From positions 5,518,001-5,582,000 of the forward strand of contig NC_081331.1 in assembly GCF_022539665.2 (NCBI RefSeq): DNA of 64,000 bases, given 5' to 3'. Positions 47,465 to 62,420 of the stretch are shown here, in pieces. The position numbers and the translations under genes were made by a program. Origin of the DNA: Daphnia carinata (Eukaryota). Under the pieces are notes generated by a model. The model saw only the letters and a list, made by a program, of their open reading frames with translations, was not told where the DNA came from and made no database searches. Numbering within the stretch: position 1 is the stretch's first letter; every line of letters begins with the position of its first letter.

Positions 47465-49570
47465 ATGTCCTCGGCCATTTCACATGAAGAATTTCATCGT
47501 ATCCAAACACAATTACTGGATCTTCGGACAGCAAATTATACTCTAATGGAAGAATCAAATCGATACAAGAATGGTTTGTCAGCGTTCTTTATTGCCATTT
47601 TTGTTCATCGTCTACATTCTATACTCCCATTATTTTTCAGAGGCAAAAAACACTGTTTTGAAACTTGATAGTTTGGAGAAAGACTACCAAAAAGCCCAGC
47701 GTGCTCTGGAAAAGAGTAGAAAAGCAAAAGATGTTGAAATGTTGTTTGCAGAAAATGATGCTTTGCAGAACAAGCTCATTTCTCAGGAGGAACAGTTCAG
47801 AGAGCAAAACCAGGCACTACTTCAAGAACTTGCAAATGTAAGTAAAAATCTATGTTTTACTGGATGGAATTTGTTTTCAAAACTTGATTTTTTAAACAGC
47901 TTGTTGCAGCCAATGAAAAACTTGAAGCACTTGTGAAATCCCAGCAGGGTGGACGTGAACTCTCTGATTCATATAGCCAATGTGATTTATCTAGAGAGCT
48001 TTATGAGAAGCTCCTATCTGAAGAAAAACAGCGCTTCGAGCTGCTTAATGAACAGTTCTGTGTGAAAGTCAATCAAATGACAGACCTGACTGCCACCTTG
48101 AATGAAATGAGGGCAAGTTTTGATGCACAAGTAATGTGTTTAAAGAAAGAAATATCACTTTTGCAAGTATGGTCACACAATGAATACTGTAGTTAAGAAA
48201 TGAAAATCAAAGATGTCCTCATTTACAGATAGAAGCCGAGAAAGTTGGACCGTTGACGGAACAGTTGGAAAATAGTAGCATAGAAAAAAATACCCTATGT
48301 AACGAAATTAATCAACTTAAGGATCACGTTGATCATTTAAAACATTCCTGCCAACAAGAAATATCTCAGTTACATGAAGCACATCGCATAGAAATGGATA
48401 CCCAAAGTAAGTTCGTATTCTTGAATCATCGATGGGCATTATTTATTTTTTCAAATCACGTCGCAGAAACCCTTCACGCAGAAGAAGTGAAGCAATATGA
48501 AATTCAGGTTGAACTGGCAGCCGCCCAGAGAGCGGAATTTGAAGATGAAGCCGCTCGAGCCCGCCAGGAAGCTCAGGATGCCCAAGAGGATGTTCGTATT
48601 GCTGAACGACGAATTTTGTCTGTCACGGCCGATTTAAGAAGGCAGTTGCGAGGAGAGCGCCGAAGAGCTGATAAACTTCAAGAGCGCCTTCGTGACGTTG
48701 TAAGTGATGCTTCCACTTCGCTGCCTAAAGCTGACGTGTCGATCGATCATGACAACTGCTCAGTTTCCTCTTGGAGCTTGATGAGCGGACAAAACGATGG
48801 AAATGCCCCAGCCACGCCGTCCTCTCCCTTCCCACCAACGGTAAAATGAATGCAAATGAATCCTTTTTATGTCCGTCTTTTAAATCCATGTGACGCTTGC
48901 CAGGATTCACCTAGTAGTGGCTCAGAGAAGAATGGTTCCCGGTCAGAAGGAGAGCAAGCCCCAGACTTAGCCAGTGAAAATGCCCGATTGGTTAACCGAT
49001 TGGCGACGATGCAACAGGAAAAATGGAGATTGGAAGAACGAGTTCTCCATTTGGAAGAGACCAATGCCGCCATGGCTGATGAAATGGTCAAGCGAGGCAA
49101 ATTAATTCAACATTATTGTATGGAAGGTCGCTCTAGTCCAGCGAAACCAGGTAATCTCTTGCTAGTCTGTTGTATCAGTGTAAATCTTCCATTTCAAATT
49201 ATTGCTTTAGAGAGTTCCGGCTCAATTTCGTTCAGTCCTGGTAGTGAGAAACTCAGCGTACGTAGAATGGTCAGCCTCATCCGGCAGATCGGTGGGGATG
49301 CTGAAGGAGAAACAGATGGCCAACAACGTCGGCTAAGGCGTATGCTCGAAGAGACCTTGACGAAGAACATGCACCTTCAGGTATTATGATTAATAAAATT
49401 GTTTTTCTTCCTGGGAGTACTATACAAGATTTGGATTACAGGAGGATATTGAACGACTTTCTCAGGAAATTGTCCGTCTTAGCCAGATCGTTGGGTCGAA
49501 CAATACTTCTCCAGTCGTCCACCGTTTGCCTTCTAACCACATTGAAGCTGCTGTTATGAATTCGGCTTGA
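47465..49570 (+). CDS. GRIPAP1: GRIP1-associated protein 1 (GRASP-1) coiled-coil protein, multi-exon
   Basis: MSSAISHEEFHRIQTQLLDLRTANY, QQEKWRLEERVLHLE and RMLEETLTKNMHLQ|EDIERLSQEIVRLS; TGA 49568-49570. Confidence 0.9.
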
Positions 49571-50015
49571 CTAAATACCTTGGTCACCAGAGATCTGACT
49601 GAAACTCGTGTTTCTGAAAAACAATTTCTTTTACAAAATTTTTGTATTATTGCGAAAAATGCGGTTTAACAACGATGTTCGACATCAAGCGGCGCAGGAA
49701 ATTGTGGTTCGTTATATAATTTCAAAAGTGGGATTCATAAAAAAAAAAATTAAACAGGCATCCCATATCTTCCTTGTCTAAGAATATCAATTATTACAAC
49801 ATCTCGGAAGCTTAAAGTGGGGTGTAAGTTTGTGTGCAATCCAAGACAAAAAAATTATGTACAGCAGATGTTGAATGTTTAAACAAAAGAAAGCTACAAT
49901 AAACAAATCCTACATACAAGGCTTTACAAAAACAATGCTTGATTAATACCTTTTCTTTGAAATCGAAGGATATGTACAATATCTTTGGTAGTTTTCGTCG
50001 CTTTCGTTAACAGCG

Positions 50016-53000
50016 TCATGATGGAGATGGCAAATCAGCTTTAGCAGCCATTTGTAGGAACTGGACCCACCTGATTAGAATTAATTTAGTTTCATTGCAC
50101 ATAACTAACTTCAAACGTAGACTTACTTTTCAGCTTCTTGTCGAGTCGACGACTGGAACTGATAGCTCTTGTGGACATGAGCCATTTTAAAAGATCTGTC
50201 ACGTTCTGAAATCATCCCTCCCCCGTCGCCGTTAGGTGTTGCCAGTTTGCTAGCCTGATCAATAACGGTTTGCAGGGGACTAGGACTGGTACCGTCGGCC
50301 AGCAAACTACTGGAACCGCTAACAAGAGTAACTGCGAAGCCGGGAACTGGGGTCGCGGTCATTGACCGCCTTTCGCCTTGATGACTTCGATATGAGTATA
50401 GCACAAAATCCGAACGCAGGGCGAACCAGCGCCGCTGCCACGTTTTGCCACGAGTCTTGAGACTGAGGTACCCACTCAGCACGGAAGGCGTCTCCACATC
50501 GACCTGTAATGGAAATTGCGGATATTTAGAATTTAAGTATTCAACAACTAATAACAAAAGACAATGTACCTCTAGGAGACTTGACCGTAGACTGGGAGGT
50601 GAAGGAGCCAACTCGGGTGTAGTAGCAGGTGAAACATTGGCCGACTCTCGACGTCCAGGCGAAATCAAGACTTCATGACAGGGGTCACAAACTCTCCAAG
50701 ATTTGGTGCCATCATACGGTAGAGGAAGTTTATGATTAGAACAACGATTGCAGGCCACCTTCAAAATTCAAACAAATGCAATTAACTGAATAAAAAACTT
50801 TGTTTTCTAATCAAATTACCCTTCCGCAAGAGTAGCAATGATGTCTGCGTTTCATAACGGAAAACTGTCCCTGACAATGGAAACATCTTGTAACGGAATC
50901 CATACGAACTAACGTCGGGGCTGCCTTGCCCAACTGTAAATCACTATTATCCGTGTCTAGGCAGGGTGGTCTGACTTGTTGTGACTGCATTGGTGAGATC
51001 CGCAGTGAAGATTTACGACGTGTCAACTCCGTCATGGTAGCAAAAAGGGCGTCGATCCACGCTTCCTTCTCCTCTTGAGTGCCAGTATACAGTTCCACTG
51101 TTTTGGCTCCTTCACGCAGGTAGAAAGTGTTTGCCGTCTCCAAATTGTCCCCTTCCAACACTTCCACATTGGAGACGGTGAAGCGGGCACGTACGCGGTA
51201 TGGCGGTAGTCCAGCACCCCCAATGACCCGATTAGGGATGAGTCGTGGCGAGCAGAGCAACAACAAATCGGTAAACTAAACATCAATGGGTGTAAAAAAG
51301 AACATGAAATTTTTATGCTGCTACCAACACACAAAAATATATATCTATGGGAAATAAAAAAAGAAACGTACGAGAAAGAGATAGCGTTCTTGGTGGTCGC
51401 CACTTCTAGCTGAAATTTTGACGATTTTGCCCTCTTTCACCAGTTCGCGGGTGGGCGAGACGAGATCGACGGCGCCGCCTAAACTCTCCTGGATCTCCAG
51501 CAGCTGTTTAAACTGGTCAATCTTCTTCATCGCTTCGTTGGCATGATTGGCCGCTGTCGAGACCAAATGAAGCGCTTCTGCATCAACAATATGGTTTTTG
51601 GGAGGGGGAGTGTCACATCGTTAATCCCAGAATGTGTTTTGTCTTTTTATTACTCTCGGTTTCCGCTCGATCAGCTGAATTTTCAGGCAGCCTCCTTAGA
51701 TAATCACGTAATAACATTTCGTATCGTGGAACTCGTTGGATTGGTGTCAACATATGATGCTGTAGACTCAAATGGCCGCACTGGGGCAGTTGCTGCGTGA
51801 ATACCGTTTCTATTAGTTTTCTTTCGAATGATATATTTTTAGCGTATTACCTGAATTTCATCAACGATGGCGAGAAAACGTGGCGATTTTAAGCTCATGC
51901 TGCTAATGAGATTCGTTGCGTGGTCAAAATTGCGAACGTATTCTGCATACATTTTGAGAAATGGAGCAAAACTCGTCATGATGTCACCGATACGTCGTTC
52001 TTGTTGCTCCTGATCTTCCCAATCTCTAAGACGTTCTTCCAGTCGTGGTAAGAAAAAGTCATGGTGCAATTTAAACAATGATTTGATGTTGGAAAACATT
52101 TGCGGAATTAAATCCTGGGCAAACATTCCATGCGCCCTGTTTTCCTGGTCAATCCGGAACTGGAACACCTTGACACGTACACACACATTATTAAGATTTT
52201 TAATTGATTCGTTACGGAAGATAATTAAATACCTGATCAAGCAAGTGTAAAACGTCAACATAAGTCCGTTCAGTTTGTAAAAGCTCTAGGGCGACGCGAT
52301 GCGCCCTATCCCGACGTGGATCTCCTTCTACGACTAGGATACTAGCCCTCGTGTCGTTAAATGATCCTTCATCAGACTGATGTCTGGAAGATTCTTCAGG
52401 GTGGGAATCATCCGCTTGCTGTTCTTCCGTTGTGGTATCGTGCACGACACTATTGCGTGCACTGATGCTATCGATGTACAAGATGCTCTGCGACGGGCTG
52501 AGAGTCGATTCACCGAAAGCGGCGGCCGAAACACGCGGGCTGACGCCATCGATTCCACTATCTGCATCCGAGGCTGTCGATGATGTTGTCGTGGCTTGTG
52601 ATGAAGACAATCCAGAGGAAGAAGAGAGTCTAGCAGCCGACACTCGATGATTTCCAGGCGAGTGAGTCCGTCTATTGGCTGTCGGCTCTTCCTTGCTGGT
52701 TTCCTCATCTTCGTCTTCGCTTTCCGTCTCCGAAACGGCCTCGTAGAGCCCGTCGGATGGATAATTGGCCTCGGTCGTCTCTTCCGTCCTGATCCTGTCA
52801 AAAACAATTTCCAGAATGTTAATATCGCACATAAAAACTAATTTTTTTTCTATTTGATAACAGACAATACGCAGTTGAATATGGTAAGTTCCGGAATTCC
52901 GCTGGCGTCGTCTGCAACCATATATTACAAGTAGAGAAAGGAAAGAAAAAGTAGGGGAGCGGAGGGGAGATAACACCTTGAGCTTTTTTACTCTCTTCTT

Positions 53001-55600
53001 TTGCTTGTCTCTCTCTTTCACACCCCTTAAAGACTAGAAGTGTGGGCACCGGAGATGCTGGAGTATTTCTGGAACACCCGTTGCTCTGACCAAAGAATGG
53101 CAAGACAAAAAAGAGAGGAAAATAAAGTGTCAACCTAACGACATGCAGTTGGAAACTATGTGTTTCTTTTTCTAGATTAGAACGAAGCGCTCGATTCGTT
53201 ACGTGAAACCTTCGTATACAAAAATTCCCAAAGCTTTCTTTTTCATTTTTTTTTTTTTTTTGTCTTGGCAAAGGCAGAGGATTAGCTGAATGAATGGTGA
53301 ATCTACAGCTCAACACGATATTATAAAAATAACAGTCTTCCATGGCGGTTCACGCACCTCTGCTTCGACACATCGATCCGATGAGTGATGGTGTTGTAGG
53401 GGGGAGAGCGTTCCTTAATTGACTTACCATTACCACGGCATATTGCTTTTGTCTGTTGTAACTACACACACACACAAAAATACGCCGGTCAATATAGGTG
53501 TGCACAGCGGGTTCTCTCCCTTTTCGGCCAAGGGGTGAGGGTCGAAACTGAAAGAATGTACAAAAAATTCCTGTCTGGGCTGATCAACCACCAAACATTA
53601 CAAGCTGGAGAGAGCCTTTGATTTTTTTTTTCAGGGTACGCTTGTGTTGCACGAAGAGAGAGAGAGAGAGAAATGGAGGATGAGAAAAATCGATTTCGCT
53701 TCAAACTCACATGCGACGAATAAAGATGCGCTGAGAGTGCGTCGAGAGGCAGGTTAACCATGGCCACCATCCGGTATTAGTCCATTTGACAGAACCCGTC
53801 ATCATATTTGAACAAATTTACACATTCCCAAAGACAAAACTTAACGATTGGCACGCACCATATATTTCTTTGAATATAAAACCGAGTGGGAATTTTTTTT
53901 TTTAGGGATAGCTGTGAACAAGGGAGAACGGTGTTGAATAGCTACCGCTCGGCTGGGAGGCTGGAACAGCAACTGACGGAGGGGTATTAGTAGTAGGGGC
54001 TTGGATGGAATCGACGGCGTCGGTGTAGGGGGATAGAATTGAGAAGAGAGAAAGCTTGATGAAAAGAAGAGCAAAGAAGAACATGTATAGTAGTATATAT
54101 AAGGAGGGTTAGGGTAGAAAGGGGGGGGGGATTTGGTTAAAAGAAACGGAAATAGCTAAGAGAGAAAGAGGGAGGTCTTTCCAAGAAGAAAATACATAAA
54201 AAAGAAGAACAAGACGGAGGGGGAAGCGTCCCATTGACAGATTCCTTCCTTGCTCTTTGGAGAATCCAGCCTTCCCTCTCTCAATAGAAACATCACGTGA
54301 CTTTCCACCCTCCTCCGCAATAAATGTACGTATAAAATCGAATAAAAGAACGATTGGCTAGGAGGGGAATACGCACTTACCTTTGCCAGAGTATTTTATT
54401 GCCTTTTTTTTAGCTCGATGGCGGCGCACTTTCAATTTTCTTTTTATTACAATGTTGATTTGTTTTTGAAAAAAGTACTATTGGACATATGGTATCATCA
54501 ACCACTATGGCCGGCTGTACTATCCCATTGAAAACTAACGACAAAGGACAACAAAAGAAACACCTTTCCGTGTTAGATGCACCGCTACTTCTTTGGCCCT
54601 TTTTGCAGAAGCGGCTCAGTCGGTCAAAGACCCCGATATCGATCCCCCTCCCCCAAAAAAAAAGAAATGTAGTGTAGGTATATATAGATCACCCTATCCT
54701 AAAGTAGAAGAGGTAATGTGTTTTCTTTTTTAATCCTTTCTTTTTTGTTGAAAAATTCTTTAGCCGCATTCCAAAGAAATTCATTTTTTTTTTTGTCTAA
54801 AAATCGTAAAGCGGATGATGGAATTTCGCTACGATAACGGTGGGGAGGGAGAAAAACACTTCACCAGGACTTTATGTGTGAAAGACCGCAGATGTGCGGA
54901 ACAAAAAAAAAATAAGACTTTACCTGTATTGATTGACGGAAGTGGATTGAATGACGACGCTCTTGGATGATCGATAATGGACGCGTGCGGCGCCTTCTAA
55001 CGGGAAGCGGAGAAAAAGCGAGTGTGATTTCAGTCGTTCCAGCTCGTCGTTGAAAACCTGGCTGGCCGTCTCGTTCACAGCCGGAAGGAGAGGCGGCCAA
55101 ACCGGTGGCTCCGTCGTCCAAAACAGTTCCGTCTTGGGTCTGAGTCGAATTGCTGGCGGTCGAAACATGGCCGGCGGCTCAAGTATCGTCTCTGTCGTAT
55201 CGCCACCGGAAACGACCACCGACAGACTCTCGCTGATGCTGCTCGACGTTATTTTGCAGCTGTCTGCCAGATGATCTTGAAAATCCTTGGGTGGAGTAAT
55301 GACCGTCGACTCTTCTTCTTCTTCCCGAACTGAGATTGGATCACCACTGTCCAAACTGCGACAGTTGAGATGGTGGTGGCGAAGCTGTTGGCGCTCCATT
55401 TTGACGTCACGGGACGTCTTCGGCGCAATCACATGGCTCTCCGGTTGACACACAGAGGTCAAGAGCGATGGCTGACGCAAAATGGCGCAGCTACGACGTA
55501 CGAAACGTTTTTGCTTTAAAGACCAGCAGCCCTGTCCCCCGTAATTCACTCTCCTCCAATTGACTCCATCGCCGCAAATGTCCGGTACACACGGCGACGC
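50016..55600 (-). CDS. FGD-family FYVE, RhoGEF (DH) and PH domain protein, multi-exon; true start uncertain
   Basis: DH: ELLQTERTYV..L.LL, APFLKMYAEYVRNFD, HHMLTPIQRVPRYEMLLRDYL; PH: RELVKEG.I.KIS; FYVE: RRHHCYSCG.V.C..CS...VCDPC; C-terminal PH WQRRWF; exon 54922-55600 joins the 52795 exon in phase 2; TGA at 50016-50018. Confidence 0.9.
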
Positions 55601-58600
55601 CTACAACGATACCAGGAAAAATAAATTAACGATACTAGTGCCATCGTGCGTGAAAATTTGCGACACAATTCACAAAAAAAAAAAAGCGAGACATTCACAT
55701 CAATAAAATGTTAAATCAATAAATGCAATGTTATGGTCCGATCAAAAAGGCCTTTTTAGCATTCCCAGTCAACAAGCAGATCACAGACGGCCCATTTTCT
55801 CAAGTCTAACCGTCTGGCATGTTGAGATTTCATCGTATTTGACGAATCGAAGTAGGCGAACAGGTTGATCTACATCTTCCATGTGTCAATTCAACAACCT
55901 TATAAAACAAAAGAAAGAAAACTAAAAAAGAAACGAAAAATCGTTATAAAGGTACAAAGGCTGCGCGCGTGTCTTTACATCAGGTGAGGCTGACAGTCTC
56001 ACCCCCCTCCCCCACTCCACATAAAACGAAAAATCAGACATCCCTCCGTTTTGCCAGATCGATAAAGGCTCACGGCCCTATGTGATCTTTATCTTGTAAC
56101 CTCAAGGTCTATTGGATTCGAACGCAGACTGTGCCAAAACTATTATCCTTTTAATCATGGTATATAACACTTGGGCAATTCAAACGGCTGCTGGACTGTT
56201 GCCCATCATCAATAAATGAAATGGAACACTTTTCTTGCGGCTGTTGAATGAATAACTGAAGCCTTAATGGCTAATACGAATTACATCTTTTCTGGCGGCA
56301 CACACAGACGGCGCTCCTAACTTAATAATCCAACAACCGGCTTCTCTTCAAAGGGGTTGCCATGGCAATGAACACGGAATTCGTGGAATGGAAGACAAAT
56401 GCACCCTTTACTGGCTGCGGTACAAAACAGATGATAAGAACGCGCTGATCGCTGTTTATTGTCAACTTGACACGAACAGCTTGCTGGCTAATTTGGGTAC
56501 AAGCGTTTAGACTTTAAACCGCCGAAAGATGGAAGGGGAACGTAATTGATGTCAATCCGCAATAAAACGCCAAACGACTTACTTATTGGCACACCAAGAC
56601 TTTTTCTGGGTATTCCAGTCAAACCTCGCCACAATCCACACGTTATCTGAACGCCGACTGGAGCACTAGGGTGGGTGGATGTCCGGAAATCGATAAGGAA
56701 CTCGAATCGTAGTCACGGCGGCGTTGCGGCCCAGCGTTACACTGAAGGGCGTTGTTTGTTTGAGTCTGAATGGAACACCAGGACACACTGTCGCATAGGT
56801 AAAATCTCGGAAGGAAATGGTTTCCAAGTCAACCGGTTTCACAATTTCCAAGAAATTTAATCGACCCGGGATGAGCTGGGCGGTTTCGCAACGTGGGAAA
56901 GCTCACCCGCGTCACGATGTTCCTTTTGCTATTTTTGACGCAAGCCAGCAATAATAACCGGCCAGGACGGCGGAACCGGACTCTCTGCTGGAACGAGAGC
57001 GACAACTATGACGGGAGAGAAAAAAAAAAGGAGGGGAAGGGGACGGAATCAAGCGCGCAGGAACCAGCGGGACTAAACGCGAAGAGGGAAAAAAGGCGGA
57101 GATTTTGTTCACGTAACCCAAACCCGAGACCACCCACTAACCCGGTAAACATCGAGGGATTTTACTTGTAATCAACAACTTGGTGCAATGTCGTGTGATT
57201 TTTTCATATCTCAACTAACGACTTTGATCTTGGCAATGCGATAATAAATTTTAACGGTTCAACTACAATGATTCAAAAATCTACCTGTGTTCTATGTTGC
57301 CGAGTGGCGTAAATGATTGTGAATCTGCAGTCAACTTGAAGGTAGATGTCCTGTTATTTAAAAAAAAAAAATTTATATTTACAGTAGAAATAGAGAAACA
57401 CAAATATTAGCTTACCTTGGGGTGTGAGTTCCTGTGTCCCGGATATGGCTAAAAGCAATGCGACTTTTAAAACGGATTTGACAAGATGGCGCTGATTGTG
57501 TGTAAACAAACCTGGCTGAAAATAGAAGGGCATTGTTCGTTTAAAAATATAATAAACAAAAGTTTTTTAAAACCTAGTTTTCACTTGCTGTCATTATCTT
57601 TTTTATGAGGCAAGGATGGCGGACAAATTCATTTCTTTTAGTGTAGACAATCTCTTTCACTGAGCTTTACATTAAGCTTTAACATAGTGATACTAAAATA
57701 CCAATACAGAGAATAATAAAAACGTGGAGATTAAGTGGGACAAAAGTGAAAATATAGTTGGCACTTTGTGGCACTGGCAAATAAAAAAACAATTATCTGT
57801 AAAAACTTCCGTAATCGGAACATTCAATACCACTGTTTGGCACCGCCGGAGCAACAGCAGACACTGAAAAATGGTGCCTTGGCGGGCTTGGGTATCTCGA
57901 AATTTGAAAATTTCACTTGGTTACAGCTCAAACTACGTTTTACTCCGACAATGAATCAAATAATTTTACTAGAGGTGAGAAACAGAGTAAATTCTTTCTC
58001 GGGACATCGCCAGGCAACGATATTTTAAGCTTAAAAAGGCTTAGATTAGGTGTTTGTTTGAAAACAATGGGAACTTGATGTCTATGCAAACATACCTGCC
58101 CATAGTAAAGCATAATCATTTGTCATATTGCACTTTGATTTTCAAAATGGATAGTCAATCCCAGTTACGAAGGGAAATTTCTGGCACTAATGAGATTTCT
58201 CCAAGTGGCAATTGTTAGATTTTCAGTAACCCTTAGAAGAAACAAAAAATGAATCTATACTTATAAAGATAGAAACGACTGCTACCCTAGTTAAAACATG
58301 GAATGCTTAATACACGTTTACATTACATTCTACCCCAAATATCGACAAGATTTTCTGACAATAAAAGCCACACACCAACCAGCCAAAAGTCGGATCTCTA
58401 TTGATTCTAGTCACAACTTTTCAATTTTTTACCTCATGTAGACGAAATCAGCACAGATTTCAATAAAGTTATAACCAAGCAGTATTAGAGATATCTTACC
58501 AGATCTCAATTTCATCAGTAGGCAGGTGCAGTTACAGGAATAGAAAGATGTGAACTTATTCGTATTTGATGCGACTGGCGAGTGCTGATCCTAATGGCTG

Positions 58601-59854
58601 AATGGAAAAAAAAAAGTCATTACCACTGTTGCCATATCCTCGCCCACAGACAACTAGACCTATGTTAACGGGATGACAGCTTGATGCCATTATAAAATCA
58701 AGGAATTGAGTCATACATGGCTAAGAAACCAAGCTTATTTTCATAAAAATTTAATATATCATCTTCTTCGGTTGCTGACACGATAGCAAAAGGTTGTCTG
58801 ACAACAGTAGAAAATAAAAATGGATGGAAATTAAACCCCTCCTATTTCACGACAAAGCATTCCAGACGTCGAACCCTACCCCCAAAATTAAGGTTGCTCA
58901 ATTTTACACTTCTGACATTTGATACGACTGCATTCGTGTTTAGCGTATTATAACGTGTTTCTTTGGTTCGTTTCTCCTACAACAATAATTGTAAAAGACT
59001 TACTGTCTGTTTGTGGGCTCCCCCTTTTTATTTTGCGGAGACAATTTGTATTTAAACGATGAAATGCAAAGCCATGAAACAATCGATTGGAACACTTCAG
59101 CTTGATCAGACAGACTTCAACCCGAATTTTAGTTTCTAGGAAAATACAAGTAGAATGGTTACAGTATTTTAAGATTATAACGTGAAATAGCTGTAAAAAC
59201 ATGTTAGTTACAAATTAACGCCATTCCTATTCTATACAACACTGGTGTCACGACTCACCATTTCCATTAGTTAGTTCTAGGTTCCCTGTCAAACAAGGAT
59301 AACAAACAGAACAAACATACGATTTTCCAGTTGGTCTCTATACTCTCTGAGAATATGATATGAAGTATTTGACTACAACCAACTAAATATAAACTAACCT
59401 TGAAGACCTACAAGGACAATCAATTCGTACGCTGTTGGATTGGCGCCGCGCGAGAAGAGACTCCGCTACGAGCTACAGGGGAAGCCAGAAATCTGCTTGC
59501 AGAAGACAAAAGTGGTTTTCTGGTCCCGCTTGGACTCGAATCTCTTTATTTCGGCGTTAAGTAGTTTACTTCTTTTTGCTTTTCAATAGTTGCTATTTTG
59601 TTATCATCGTTCACGTAAATTTCTTTTGAAAACTGTTGAGCTTAAGGCAACAAGTGTTTATATTTCCATTCCGGCCATTCTGGATATATGTGACCTGACA
59701 AATCATGCCAAATCTGGAGTGATAAGCAGATGTCATATTCCGTGATGCGGATACGGATGCCTTTGAATTCAACTAAATGACGCAAAAGGAGTCTTTGTAG
59801 CTCTTTTTGTTTCGCTCCCTATACAATTCTGCAAAAAATTCTGTTGACTCATCA

Positions 59855-61777
59855 ATGGATGTTGATCCACCTTTACCACATCCTGTTTTAAAAAGATGCT
59901 CTAGTGCCCCCATGATCAGTGAATGTGACACAGAGGCTGGTGCTGTAGCCACCTCCTCAGCTACAGCTTCACTAGCCAGTGCAGCCCCTTCACATTCAAG
60001 GTTTGTAATATTTTAATATTATTTATTCATTAAAATTAACAAAAAATCATTGACTTTCCACCAGAACATCACCTACATTTATTTTGTGTTCCACATTTGA
60101 ACCACGGACCAGAAGATTTAGTGCAAGTTTTAGTCCATTGCATTCCCCTGGGGGTGAATATACTTTTTTTTTGTAATGAAGAAATTTCACTAAACATATT
60201 TTTACATGTAAGACGCCTGGGAGCCCAAGAGTCCCTCCCTCCAGAGTTAGCCAATTAAAGAAAGAAGAAGCTTGTGATGCTGTAGGTCGAGAGGTTGCCA
60301 GTGAAAAGGAATTCCAATCCACTTTACAAATCTCAGCTTCATGGGAAGATCTATCTCTGGTGAGAACTTTTTATTTATAACCATCTTAACAAAAACATAT
60401 AATGATGGTAAATTGCAAACTGCAGAGTGATACTGATTCAAAAGAATCTAAAGCTGAGCCTCACCGAAGGCCTTCCTCTGCTTGTACGGAGCCAATACAC
60501 GTAACTTTACCTAACGGGTTGTCAACCTTCGTCTCGTCTCCTTATCCTTCACCGACCAGGTAAAAAAATCTCAGACCCATGTTAGCAAATTTAAGTGAAA
60601 ATACAAAAGGATGGATTTTTAGGGTCAGTGGTCGACAGTGTTTTTCTCCATCTATGCAAATTCCTGTACGGAACTCGTCATTCTCGCCGACTCCAAGCCC
60701 AAGTCCTACAAGGAAAACGTTTTATACCAGGTAAAACGAAAAAGAGAATTGTTTTTATTGCCTTTCAAAATGGTAACTGTCTATCCTATTTTCTTTTTAA
60801 TTACCATCACGCAGTCGACGGAGTCTCTCGCCAATAGCTATTCGTGCCAGTTCTTTTGGACCGGTAAAGCGGAAATGTGATTTGGAGGACCGAGGAGATT
60901 CAGCTTGGACCCCTAACAAAAAGTATCAACATTTCTCGCCAGCGGCAAATGTTTCTAGCGTTGGAGGTCCTCTTTTAGTCACCCAGTCTTCAAGGTAAAA
61001 CTAGATTTCTTTTGTTGACCAGCATCTTGAAGATTAATAACTGTTCTGTTTAATAGTGGAGAAAATGGTGAAATCTCTGGGAGAATTCCCATTGTTAGCC
61101 GTAGTAGTGTGATCCCTACACCAGATTCGCAATCATCTTCAGCAAGTCCGTCAGATTCAGGTTCTAACCAATCACCTCTTCAGGTATAACAGCAGTCCAG
61201 CGATGATGTTTCATGCCTAATGTGCATTAGCACGCACACATTTTAACTTTAAACCAGGTGTGTAAAGTGGTTGATAGCCCAGCTAACAGTCCCGGTGGAC
61301 GACGTGGTAGCACTGGCGGCGGAGGTGAGAGCAGTGGTAGCCGCTCTCGTGATCGGACGTCGTGTGTCGTCCCTTCACCTTTAGCTGCCACCAACACGAT
61401 CGAAGATCCTGATGCTGAATACAAAATGAGTTCTACAAGCAAAGAACGGAAAGATTTCTCTAGGCTTTTCGTTCCAATTCCGCCATCACCTGGAGCTATG
61501 GATTGCTGTACGGGCGATAGCGAAGAATCTTTAGCCAATAATCATCACGATTTTTCAACCAACAGAATACGCGACCAAGTTTCCAAGGAGCTGGATGCTA
61601 GTGGTATTTTTCTTTTCTTTTTACCTATTTATCTGAATGGGAGATTTAAAAGTTTATTTTGCAGGTGCGGATTACGGCCCCATGGATGAAAATATGGAAG
61701 AACCTGCCACCGTTTCATCCCAGGAACATTCGATGAGCGTCGACTCTAGTCACTCTCCTATGGATCCTTCCGTTTAA
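59855..61777 (+). CDS. FAM122/PABIR family PP2A-B55 regulator, multi-exon
   Basis: LKRCSSAPMI, RVSQLKKEE...REVASEKEFQSTLQISASWEDL, RQCFSPSMQ, SPTPSPSPTRK and RRSLSPI; TAA 61775-61777. Confidence 0.85.
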
Positions 61778-62420
61778 TCCGTATTTTCGACAAGAAATCC
61801 TGTCAAATCGTCTTTATTTCTCTTCAGACAAAATGCCCCCTTGCCCTGATTCGCCTTCTCTTTACGCTTTTAGTCAACAAACACGGGATATTTTGTAGGG
61901 GCATCCGACGCAGTGTCGACGTCCGATGATAACCTGAAAGTAAGAGAAAATTTGTGCCCACGTTGTACGTCGCACAGCCTTGTTTTTTTTTCATACATGA
62001 GTTCCAAGTTACGTGTTGCCAACCCCCTGCCTATTCCGTCACTTTCTCCTTTACATATGTTACCTGACATATGGAATGATCAAGTGACCGATTTGTTTTC
62101 TATCTTCTTATTTCTTTCACTTTGTTGCAGAATAGTAAGCCGTTTGTTCCGTGACTTTTTTACTCTTCGAGTGGTTTTCGCTCGTTGCCATGACACCTTA
62201 GAAACAGAAAAGAAAAGTATAGTAATAATTGGAAGCACGATTAAGATGCTAATGGAATTTGAAGTGTTTCCTGTTTCGAATTGGCATGTTGGTAGACCAA
62301 CACAGTCTGCCCCGACCGAAAATATAAATCTCAATGTTAATACTAAATTTTTTTTACACTACAATTATTACTAAGCACGAAAAGAATAGTTTAAGACACG
62401 AAAGAGGAGAGGAATTGGTT

